Below are positions 39,632-47,687 of a stretch of 64,000 bases of DNA, one piece after another. The position numbers were made by a program, and so were the translations under genes. Every line of letters starts with the position of its first letter. Positions within the stretch are counted from its first letter, which is position 1. The stretch comes from a virus. Taxonomy: Duplodnaviria > Caudoviricetes. The stretch lies in the IMG/VR virus record IMGVR_UViG_3300029286_001711; one strand, 5' to 3'. The notes under the pieces were generated by a model, which worked only from the letters and a program-made list of their open reading frames with translations, was not told the DNA's origin and made no database searches.

Positions 39632-40064
39632 TTATAATTTGATTGCGTAATTCTTCAATTGTTGAATTTAGTTCATCTATTTGACTTTTTAGGTCATCAA
39701 TTTCTTCCTGCCTTTCTTCCCTACCCTCTTCACGTGCTGTATCTTCTCTATCAGAAACCACATCTTCATATACATAATCGTCACAACATCCATCACAACT
39801 ATAGTCGTAATTATCTTGCGCGTAAGTGTATGTATTATCAGCTTGTTGATATACGTATTCCCCAATTTCTTTTAATTTTTCTAAATCGTGGACACCAGCA
39901 CCAATCAACATTTGATAAAGTCCCTCACCCCCAAAGTCATAATCATGGTCAGCTTTTATGAAATCTTTTTTAATCTCTTTTTCGGCAATATGAACATCAA
40001 GATCCTTAACCCATTCAAAATGGTCTTCCTGTTCTTTTAATATTTTCTTAATTAAATCTCTCAT
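39618..40064 (-). CDS. Acidic CxxCC coiled-coil protein, paralog 2 (148 aa)
   Basis: MRDLIKKILKEQEDHFEWVKD, SCDGCCDD, C-terminal heptad coil. Confidence 0.7.
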   Translation of the reverse strand: MRDLIKKILKEQEDHFEWVKDLDVHIAEKEIKKDFIKADHDYDFGGEGLYQMLIGAGVHDLEKLKEIGEYVYQQADNTYTYAQDNYDYSCDGCCDDYVYEDVVSDREDTAREEGREERQEEIDDLKSQIDELNSTIEELRNQIISGEE

Positions 40065-40075
40065 TAACCTTCTTA

Positions 40076-40567
40076 TTAATTTAAATCATCGTTACTACCA
40101 GCTAATCTAGCCTGTAATTCTTCAATTTGTTCTTCTAATTCCTCAATTTTATCTTGCATTTCAGATTTTCCTGCTTCATAACCCGTCTCTTGACCCTCCT
40201 CATAACCTTCTTCACGAGCCTCTTTTTCTTTTTCTCTCACATCATCGATATAATACATGTCATCACAACAATAATCACAACCACAGTCATTTTGTCCACT
40301 ATCATATCCACTATCATAAGCTCTATAATAAGAACGACTAAATTCCTTTTTAATTTCCCTACCGATTTCAGTTAAATCTTCTGGTCTTGTGATACCCTTT
40401 TCTATTAATAAAGGTACCATTTCACTTACAAAATCGGTACTATATTCGTAATCCATATCTCTAAAAGGTTGTATAACAAGTTTTTCAGCCTCACTAGGGT
40501 TTATATCTTTCACCCAGTCAAACTCGTTTTCTTGTTCCTTTAATATCTTACGGATTAAGTTTTTCAT
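40076..40567 (-). CDS. Acidic CxxCC coiled-coil protein, paralog 1 (163 aa; start at 40567)
   Basis: MKNLIRKILKEQENEFDWVKD, CGCDYCCDD, EEGYEEG repeats, heptad coil. The late motif and a terminator lie inside the track's longer start, so ATG 40567 is preferred. Confidence 0.7.
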   Translation of the reverse strand: MKNLIRKILKEQENEFDWVKDINPSEAEKLVIQPFRDMDYEYSTDFVSEMVPLLIEKGITRPEDLTEIGREIKKEFSRSYYRAYDSGYDSGQNDCGCDYCCDDMYYIDDVREKEKEAREEGYEEGQETGYEAGKSEMQDKIEELEEQIEELQARLAGSNDDLN

Positions 40568-40572
40568 TTCTT

Positions 40573-40581
40573 TATAAATAT
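40573..40581 (-). promoter_or_regulatory. Putative late promoter motif ATATTTATA
   Basis: 5 nt upstream of ATG 40567. Confidence 0.55.
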
Positions 40582-40593
40582 CGATGGAATCAT

Positions 40594-40624
40594 AAAAAAT
40601 CCCCACCTTTTGAGTGAGGATTTT
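40594..40624 (-). terminator. Terminator after the tail tube gene
   Basis: Minus strand ATCCTCAC-TCAAAAG-GTGGGGAT with one G-U pair, then a U tract. Confidence 0.75.
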
Positions 40625-40645
40625 GTATAATTTGTTGTAAAATAA

Positions 40646-41134
40646 TTAGAATACGTGAATAGCTCTATCGAAACGTAAAGTTCCAGTAATTTCAGCAATT
40701 TCAGAAGTTGAATAATCTAACCCACCAAAGTCAACGTTTGTTAACATTGTACCTTGAAGAATCCATTTTTCAATTACAACACCTGTTGGGTCTAATAATT
40801 CTAATTCAATGTCTTTCTTATAACCAGCTGCATAACCTTGACGACCTGTTACTGATTCAGAGTGAAGACGTACCCACTCCATAATTGCTTGTGCCGCTGA
40901 AGGACCAATTGGGTCACGGAATGTAACGTCAATAGTATCCCAAGTAAAACGACCAATTACCCAAGTTGATGTGTTAAGAAATTGAATTTCTGTTTCCTCT
41001 TGAGAAATTTTAGGTCTTGATGCTGTTTTCACAAACCACTCTTGAATTCCAAGAGGTGAAGGGAATCTAAGTATGAATCGGTTCTGCTTTTTTGGTTCGT
41101 AAGGAACCGGCATCCTCATTAGTAAATCTGCCAT
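40646..41134 (-). CDS. Tail tube protein, T4 gp19-like
   Basis: YEPKKQNRFIL, GRFTWDTIDVTFRD, GYAAGYKKDIELELLDPTG and EKWILQG motifs. 162 aa. Confidence 0.9.
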   Translation of the reverse strand: MADLLMRMPVPYEPKKQNRFILRFPSPLGIQEWFVKTASRPKISQEETEIQFLNTSTWVIGRFTWDTIDVTFRDPIGPSAAQAIMEWVRLHSESVTGRQGYAAGYKKDIELELLDPTGVVIEKWILQGTMLTNVDFGGLDYSTSEIAEITGTLRFDRAIHVF

Positions 41135-41170
41135 AGTAATGTCTTTTTGTTTAAGTTGTTATCTTTTTAT

Positions 41171-41179
41171 TATAAATAT
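41171..41179 (-). promoter_or_regulatory. Putative late promoter motif ATATTTATA (second copy at 41219-41227)
   Basis: Two copies upstream of the tail tube gene. Confidence 0.55.
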
Positions 41180-41254
41180 GCTCTATTTTATTTTTAGCAG
41201 ATTGACTGCTAATTTTATTATAAATATCATTGTTTAAACAAAATTTATATAAAC

Positions 41255-41959
41255 ATGTTAAACGAATTCGAAAAATTTGCAATTAAAGACCAAGGGGTTG
41301 GTTCTAACACGTTGCACGCTTACCAAAACTTTATGTCAGAGGTTCCTGTGACAATCCAAGGTAGTATGACTCCCTATGTCTTGGAAGAAAGAGAAATGAG
41401 AGCAACACAAATTGATATCTTTTCTAGATTGATGATGGATAGAATCCTATGGGTTGCTGGTCCAGTAAATGATAGAATGTCTACGGTTGTACAGGCACAA
41501 CTTTTATTCTTAGACCAACAAGACCATAAGAAAACCATTACGATGCATATAGACTCACCTGGTGGGTCTGTGAAGTCAGGTTTGAGTATTGTTGATGTAA
41601 TGGAATACATCAAAGCCCCAATCGCCACCATTAATACTGGTATGGCGGCATCAATGGGTTCAGTTTTATTGGGAGCTGGAACAAAAGGTATGAGAAGTTC
41701 CTTAAGATTCTCAAAAACAATGTTACACCAATCAAGTGGTGGAGCAATGGGTAATATCCAAGACGCCCGTATCACAATGAAAGAATGGGAAAAAACCAAT
41801 GAAATTCTTTTTGAATTATTGGGTGGTTATTGTGGTAAAACTCGTGAACAAGTTGCTGACGATGCTTCACGTGATTTATGGTTATCAGCAGACGACGCTT
41901 TAGCGTATGGAATTATTGATGAAGTTATTAAACCTTTACAAAAAACAATTAAAAAATAA
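41255..41959 (+). CDS. clpP: ATP-dependent Clp protease proteolytic subunit
   Basis: DIFSRLMMDRI, IDSPGGSV, GMAASMG (Ser), LHQSSGG (His) and SRDLWL (Asp). N-terminal extension EFEKFAIK...MTPYVLEER resembles Bacteroidota ClpP. Confidence 0.95.
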   Translation: MLNEFEKFAIKDQGVGSNTLHAYQNFMSEVPVTIQGSMTPYVLEEREMRATQIDIFSRLMMDRILWVAGPVNDRMSTVVQAQLLFLDQQDHKKTITMHIDSPGGSVKSGLSIVDVMEYIKAPIATINTGMAASMGSVLLGAGTKGMRSSLRFSKTMLHQSSGGAMGNIQDARITMKEWEKTNEILFELLGGYCGKTREQVADDASRDLWLSADDALAYGIIDEVIKPLQKTIKK

Positions 41960-41963
41960 TAAG

Positions 41964-42425
41964 ATGAAAAAATTTTTAGCATTAATAGTAGGGGTTCTAT
42001 TCTTAACTTCTTGTAGTAACAACTATTCAAACGGTGAACGTATTGGAACAGTAAACAAACTTGCCAAGAAAGGTCTTATTTGGGATACATGGGAAGGTCA
42101 CCTTAACATTACCCAAACAGGAATGACCTCAACAGATAGTTGGGATTTTTCGATTGATAATGATAACGAACCAGATGGGTTGGTGGCACAATTGGATAGT
42201 GCGGCTGAATACGGTTGGAAAGTTAAACTTACATATACTCAAGTGTCTGGATGGAATTGGCTTGGTAATCGTGGTGAGACGGATTATTTTGTTAATAAAA
42301 TGGAAGTTCTTGAGAAAAATTTTGGAAACACCTTTAACGGTAAATCAGAAAATCCAAAAGAAGTTACTGGAAAAGTTATTGACACAATATATGTTGTCAT
42401 AGTGGATAAGAGTAGATTAAAATAA
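41964..42425 (+). CDS. Phage lipoprotein (153 aa; start at 41964)
   Basis: MKKFLALIVGVLFLTSC lipobox with Cys17. Confidence 0.75.
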   Translation: MKKFLALIVGVLFLTSCSNNYSNGERIGTVNKLAKKGLIWDTWEGHLNITQTGMTSTDSWDFSIDNDNEPDGLVAQLDSAAEYGWKVKLTYTQVSGWNWLGNRGETDYFVNKMEVLEKNFGNTFNGKSENPKEVTGKVIDTIYVVIVDKSRLK

Positions 42426-42448
42426 AGACGTTCGACACGTTATAAAAC

Positions 42449-42480
42449 AAAAAACCCTAACAGTAATGTTAGGGTTTTTT
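42449..42480. terminator. Bidirectional terminator
   Basis: AAAAAACCCTAACA-GTAA-TGTTAGGGTTTTTT. Confidence 0.85.
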
Positions 42481-42497
42481 TATATCTAATAATTTAA

Positions 42498-43124
42498 TTA
42501 TCCACCTACTACTCCACCTGGTCCACCAAGTTTAGAACCTAGACGTTTAAATTCTTTTTCTTCATCGTTCCATTCAGCGTTTTTACCGTTACCAGCAAGG
42601 ATAGGAAGACCAGCGTTAGCTTTCATAAATTTCATAACAGCGTTTTTGAAATCTTGAACATCACCGTTAGCATATGCTTTTGACATCTTTTCAGCGTTTT
42701 TAACATAAACTTGGTTCCAAGCTTGTTCAGCTTTCTTTTGGTCCCATCTGTGACCCATCCATTTCATAAGTTTGTCCCACATTTCACCAACACCCTCGTT
42801 CATTAATTCTTTGCTATAGTGTTCTCTAACCATTTTGGCTTTGTTTGAATGGGTTGCTTTAGCTGAAGACATATGTTTTTTTGCGTCAGCTGCTTGAGGT
42901 AATTTCTTTTGAAGTTTTCCTGCCGCAGGAACCCCTTCACCTTTTTCTACCATCTTACCTGACATCTTATTTTTAATGTGTTTTTTTGCCTCAGCACCTT
43001 GTGAAGGGATGTGGTTCTTAACTGGAGCCTTCTTATTGTTAATTGAAGCTGCCTCCATAACAAAGTTCTCAACTACTCTTTCAAGTTGTTCTTTGTTGAT
43101 TCTATATCTTTTTACAGTTGCCAT
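42498..43124 (-). CDS. Basic leader-bearing hypothetical protein (208 aa), candidate inner-head protein
   Basis: RYRINKEQLERVVENFVME N-terminus. Internal repeat AEAKKHIK / ADAKKHMS. LMNEG site. Confidence 0.6.
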   Translation of the reverse strand: MATVKRYRINKEQLERVVENFVMEAASINNKKAPVKNHIPSQGAEAKKHIKNKMSGKMVEKGEGVPAAGKLQKKLPQAADAKKHMSSAKATHSNKAKMVREHYSKELMNEGVGEMWDKLMKWMGHRWDQKKAEQAWNQVYVKNAEKMSKAYANGDVQDFKNAVMKFMKANAGLPILAGNGKNAEWNDEEKEFKRLGSKLGGPGGVVGG

Positions 43125-43131
43125 TTTTGTT

Positions 43132-43320
43132 TTAGTATTTGTATTTGAAGTTAGTAAGCTTATTAAATTGAGCTAATTCTTTCTTAAAATCTTCAGTAAG
43201 AACTTCAGCTTTAACCTTTGATTCTGTAACAACCTTTTTTTTAGGAGTTTCAATGCCTGCCTTTTTAAGGGTACTTTCAATAAGTACATCAAGGTCTTTC
43301 TTTTTAACAATTTTTGACAT
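43132..43320 (-). CDS. Small basic hypothetical protein (62 aa)
   Basis: Preceded by the late motif. Contains LIES, VTES and LTED sites. Confidence 0.6.
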   Translation of the reverse strand: MSKIVKKKDLDVLIESTLKKAGIETPKKKVVTESKVKAEVLTEDFKKELAQFNKLTNFKYKY

Positions 43321-43334
43321 GTTTTTTGTTTTTA

Positions 43335-43343
43335 TATAAATAT
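43335..43343 (-). promoter_or_regulatory. Putative late promoter motif ATATTTATA
   Basis: 14 nt upstream of ATG 43320, just after the sheath terminator. Confidence 0.6.
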
Positions 43344-43355
43344 GTTTATATTAGT

Positions 43356-43386
43356 AAAAGAACCTATTTTTACATAGGTTCTTTTT
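43356..43386 (-). terminator. Terminator after the tail sheath gene
   Basis: AAAAGAACCTAT-TTTTAC-ATAGGTTCTTTT inverted repeat. Confidence 0.8.
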
Positions 43387-43394
43387 ATAATTTA

Positions 43395-46164
43395 TTAGAT
43401 ATTATCAAATGATGCTCCAGTTGTAGTTACGTTGAACTCGATAATAATGAATTCTAATGATGGGATAGGTTTTAAGAAAATCTTACCTCTCATTTCATTT
43501 CTATCGATTTCTTCTGGGTCGTTAGATAATTGTACCCTAAAGTCTGCTAAACCTCTTTCTTTTCTGATATTATCCAAGATTGGGTTTACTAAGTTCAAGA
43601 ATTGATTTCTAACGATTTGGTCATTTTGTTCGAATAACAATCTAACACCAACTGCTGTAATTAATTTACGAGCTTGTAATAATAATCTTCTGATATTTAA
43701 TCTGTCAAGAACAGAATCTTTAACCTGTAAGTTTTTATTACCCCAAATTACAACACCCACATCTGAGAAAGTTGCCATTGGATTAACACGTCCTTCATAT
43801 AAAGTATCTCTATCATCTTCAGTTAATTTAATTCTAGCTTGAATAGCGTTTGTAAGACCTCTATTGTAACCAGCTACTGCGTACCAAGGGAAAGCGACAT
43901 TATCGGTTAATGCAATATTCTTACAAACTTCTAATGTTGGTGGTAACCAAATGTTAACAGTATTTTCAGTGTCTCTTTTCTTGTACCCAAGGCCAGTATG
44001 TGGCTGTGTAGTTAGAATCAATATCCGCTGCGTCTAATAAATTAACAAGTGCATCTGCCGTATCAATTGATACAGAATTAAATCCAATACCCACTAATTG
44101 GTCAGCGGTATCATAAGTAACATTCTCAGGAGAAGTTACAATATAAACTGAGTCAGCTCTTTCTTCTTCGATTAAATCGATTGTTTCTTGAACAAGATAG
44201 TTGTTATCAGTATAGTCAATCCCAGGAGATGCGAACACGTTAATGTTAACCGCTTCAGGGTTTTTAAATGTATTGATAGCGTTCCAATAAGCGTATAAAT
44301 CGGATGTACCGTCTTGTGGCCCTAATTGGATAAATTGTCCTTGTGCTACACCAGTTGTGAAACCAACTTTACCAACTCTATATCTATCAGTATTAGTCCT
44401 ACTTCTTCTGTAACAATCCCAACCATCAAATCCAAGATACGGAACGAAAGTGAATTTTCTTGCTGAAATACTTTCATAATCAGTACCTTCGATACCCACA
44501 CCATCTCTGAATTGGTAAAGACCACATTCAAAATTACCAGCTACAGTAGCTCCACTATCCATGTGGAAACCTTTAGTTGTTGCTGTCCAATAGTTATCAC
44601 CGTTCGTTAAACCTTTCCAGTTAAACATATCTTCGTCGATACCTAAAGTATCAGTAATACCAAGGTATACCTTTTTAATTCTTTCATTCTCAGGGAAGTA
44701 TTGAATCTTATAGTCAATCATCGGAGCTAATGCAGTACCGTTAGTACCTACATAATTACTTACGATATAACCTTCAAAACCAGCTGTGAAAGCGTCAATT
44801 GGTGCGTTAGCGTTCATAACCAACATTACGAATCTACTGTTTAATACGTTTTCTCCATCAGCGGTACCGATTCTTCTTGCAACATAGTTGTTTGAAGATG
44901 GGTCCATGTTACACTTAGGGTAACTTTCGAGGATAGACGGTCTTGCGTCAGTATCATTCCATTGTCTAATAATAATATCAAACTCTTTTGTATCTGGCTT
45001 AATATTTTGAATAGAGATTTTTATTTCTTGATTTGCTGATGAACCATCAGAAATTGAAATAAATTTAAATAATTTAACAACAACATTACCTCGTAATTCA
45101 GATACAACCCAAGGTGTTTCTGGTGTTTGATATTGTTGTTTATAGTTACTATTATATGGTATATAAATTAAATCTTCTTTTAAACCCATAATGTAACCGT
45201 TATCAATTAAATCTTGTGTGTTGTTAGTATAAATTTCATCAACATAAACTAAACTACCTCTATCGTGACAATCAACACCTAATACTCCAGGTATGTAATT
45301 TCTACTTGTTTTATCAAGAGATACATCATATGTGAAAGTACTACCAGTTAAACCTACTGAGGATGCTGATAATACAAATTGTCCTAAAGGATTTGTTAAT
45401 GCTCCTGTCATATTAGCAACTAAACCATTAATCGATTGGTCTGTACTCCAATTTAGGATATCACTAATATATCTACCTCTAGATCTTAAAACCGCTAATA
45501 CCATACCTTCATATGCTGTATAAGCACTTGCAATGTAAGTTGTAACAGTACCAGAAATAGTACCACTTAATCCAGATAAATTTGAAAGAAGTACCGTTGC
45601 TGAAACACCAGTAAATGAACCAGCTTGTTTACTGAAAACAATACCTTGTGGGTATGTTACCGAAACACCTGGTACGTTAGCTGTTGTTAATGTTGGACCA
45701 TTAGGAAATAAACCTAATGTGTATAAATATTGTGCGTTAATATTTGTGATATTCGCGTAAGTACTACCAGTAAAATCAGCAGTAAATAAGGTTGTAACAC
45801 CAGTAATAATTGTTGTTGGGTCGTAACCAGCTTCAGAAACTACTGCCCAAGCATCACCAGCGTCAAAACCAGTTAATCCTAGAGTTCTAGTTACGAATAA
45901 TTGATTTGATTCGGTTAAATAACTTTTTGCAATATAAGATGTCTCATATTTTGGTTTACCGTTATCAAATTTTTCTGGATTTAAACCACCGAAAATTGTT
46001 AAATATTCATTATAATTTGTAATGAATATTGGTTCGAAAGCTGGTCCTTTGACAGTCTCACCTGCGAGACCCAATGTAGTTACACCAACTTGTTGTGCTA
46101 CAAAGGTTAAATCTTTTTCTGATGTAAATACACCTGGTGATACAAATACTTTTTGTGAAGCCAT
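43395..46164 (-). CDS. Tail sheath protein, T4 gp18-like, split by a single frameshift at about 43976-43979
   Basis: N-part VSPGVFTSEKD...ATYWPWVQ joins C-part RDTENTVNIWLPPT...WYAVAG...DRLNIRRLL...IFLKPIPSLEFI. The span is 2770 nt = 923 codons + 1, so removing one A from GAAAAG restores one ORF. Confidence 0.88.
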
Positions 46165-46202
46165 TATTGTTTTTATTTTTTAAAGAGTTATTTTCTTTTT
46201 AT

Positions 46203-46211
46203 TATAAATAT
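46203..46211 (-). promoter_or_regulatory. Putative late promoter motif ATATTTATA for the sheath gene
   Basis: 38 nt upstream of ATG 46164. Confidence 0.55.
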
Positions 46212-46260
46212 TAGCTTCTTTTTCAAAAGTTTTTTAAAGTAAAGAATAAATCTGTATTAG

Positions 46261-46294
46261 TATGACTAGTGTAATACTTTTATATGACTAGTGT
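46261..46294. repeat. 12-bp direct repeat TATGACTAGTGT x2 with 22-bp period (candidate operator)
   Basis: Copies at 46261-46272 and 46283-46294, abutting the plus-strand ATATTTAT motif. Confidence 0.8.
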
Positions 46295-46295
46295 G

Positions 46296-46303
46296 ATATT
46301 TAT
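46296..46303 (+). promoter_or_regulatory. Putative late promoter motif ATATTTAT
   Basis: 10 nt upstream of ATG 46314. Confidence 0.5.
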
Positions 46304-46313
46304 GTAATAATAT

Positions 46314-46496
46314 ATGTTAAAAAGAGATAAAAATATTAAGATAACTACCACGACACACGAGTTATTAAAAAACTATTGTGAAGATAATGGTTTAAGAATG
46401 TTTGCTTTTGTAGAAAAATTAATTCGTGAGGGTTGTAAAGAAAAAACAAATACTGTTAAAATAAAAAAAGATATCTACGGTGACGAACTATCTTAA
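46314..46496 (+). CDS. Ribbon-helix-helix (CopG/Arc-like) DNA-binding protein (60 aa)
   Basis: Strand KNIKIT, helix HELLKNYCEDNG, helix MFAFVEKLIRE. Confidence 0.55.
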   Translation: MLKRDKNIKITTTTHELLKNYCEDNGLRMFAFVEKLIREGCKEKTNTVKIKKDIYGDELS

Positions 46497-46644
46497 GTCT
46501 ACCAGTACCACAATTAATAATATTTCCGTCTACAGTTAAATCACCCGTTATGTTTAAAGTTGAGGCAGAAAGTATTTGTTGTGCTCCAGATGGTTCAACA
46601 ATAAAAATTTTAGTTATATCACTATTTCCACAAAAATCTGTCAT
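46456..46644 (-). CDS. Short protein (62 aa), possibly a truncated fibre/collar gene
   Basis: Coupled to the tail terminator gene (TAATG). Beta-rich N-terminus (LNITGDLTVDGNIINCG). The last 13 codons overlap the convergent RHH gene. Confidence 0.45.
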   Translation of the reverse strand: MTDFCGNSDITKIFIVEPSGAQQILSASTLNITGDLTVDGNIINCGTGRLKIVRHRRYLFLF

Positions 46645-47684
46645 TATAATGGTACTGTTCCTCTTAGTATTAACTCAGATAACTGAGTAGAATTAGTTCT
46701 TACTATACTTATGCTAATCATGTCCGTTTCGGTAACAGAAAATGGTACCGAAGTTGGGATTGAGTTAATATAGAATGTGATTGATGAAATGTTATTCGTA
46801 TCAATAGATGTAAAACTAGCTACTGAATCAGATTGAAATGTTATAGTCGTTGGTGAACTAGGTAGAAATTGTATGATAAAACTTACGGTCTTATCATTTT
46901 TAGTTTCATCTTTAATTTTATTAACGACAACTTTAGGCTTTTTAGATTCAACCTCATAAGAAAGTATTGCTCTTTCTAGACCTGGTTTAATCTCAAATTC
47001 ATCCTCATCTAAAATATATGCCGCCATTCTTAATTCGTATGTTTGAACATAATATCGTTTACCCTCAATATCATCTATTGTTGATTCGTCACCAATACTT
47101 TCTAGATAAATAGGGAAGTAATGACCCTTTATATTGACATATGCTTGTGCTGAAGCGAAAGTTGTTAAAACCTTTTGGTTTAACTTATTTAATTCATTCA
47201 TTCTGAAGGTGAAAAATCTGATAGTATATGTTAAATCAACTCCAACGGGTTGTGGTATCATATAAACATCTGAACCTTTCTTATTACCATCCCAAGTTGG
47301 AATAGTCATATAGGGAAAAGTTTTTCTAACTGGTATTTTAAAATCAGCTGGATTAGTACCTGGTTGTGCATCTGGTTTTCTAACTACAGATACAAAAGGT
47401 ATTTTAATATTTTTATACTTATCGGAATTTTGCCAAGTTCTTGTGAATTCAGCCCATCTTTGTGCTGTTAAAAAAGTTACTGGAACTTTATTGTCGTCTA
47501 TAACAATACCTAAATCATTACCAACCCAATCAACAAATCCATTATCTAAATCAGCGTGGTCTACACCACGTGGTAAGTTAGCCTTATTTTGGTCATGATA
47601 ATCATCAATATATTTTTTAGGTCCCCCATCAAGAGCAACCCTTTTAACATTTAAATCTTTTTTATATTTCTTAGGTAAAGCCAT
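46644..47684 (-). CDS. Tail terminator / completion protein, gp15-like
   Basis: Position next to the neck gene. KIPFVSVVR and PVGVDLTYTIRF pattern. Confidence 0.5.
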   Translation of the reverse strand: MALPKKYKKDLNVKRVALDGGPKKYIDDYHDQNKANLPRGVDHADLDNGFVDWVGNDLGIVIDDNKVPVTFLTAQRWAEFTRTWQNSDKYKNIKIPFVSVVRKPDAQPGTNPADFKIPVRKTFPYMTIPTWDGNKKGSDVYMIPQPVGVDLTYTIRFFTFRMNELNKLNQKVLTTFASAQAYVNIKGHYFPIYLESIGDESTIDDIEGKRYYVQTYELRMAAYILDEDEFEIKPGLERAILSYEVESKKPKVVVNKIKDETKNDKTVSFIIQFLPSSPTTITFQSDSVASFTSIDTNNISSITFYINSIPTSVPFSVTETDMISISIVRTNSTQLSELILRGTVPL

Positions 47685-47687
47685 TTA

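Noticed and set aside
36546-40567. RiPP-like biosynthetic cluster (C39 peptidase, GNAT, peptidase, leader-sharing precursors)
   Set aside because: No double-glycine leader, transporter or modifying enzyme, and the C39-GNAT protein itself carries the same leader, which fits head cargo better.
8289-46211. Canonical T4 late promoters TATAAATA on the plus strand
   Set aside because: They point away from the adjacent genes in every case, and for plus-strand genes the motif flips, so the functional orientation is TATTTATA.
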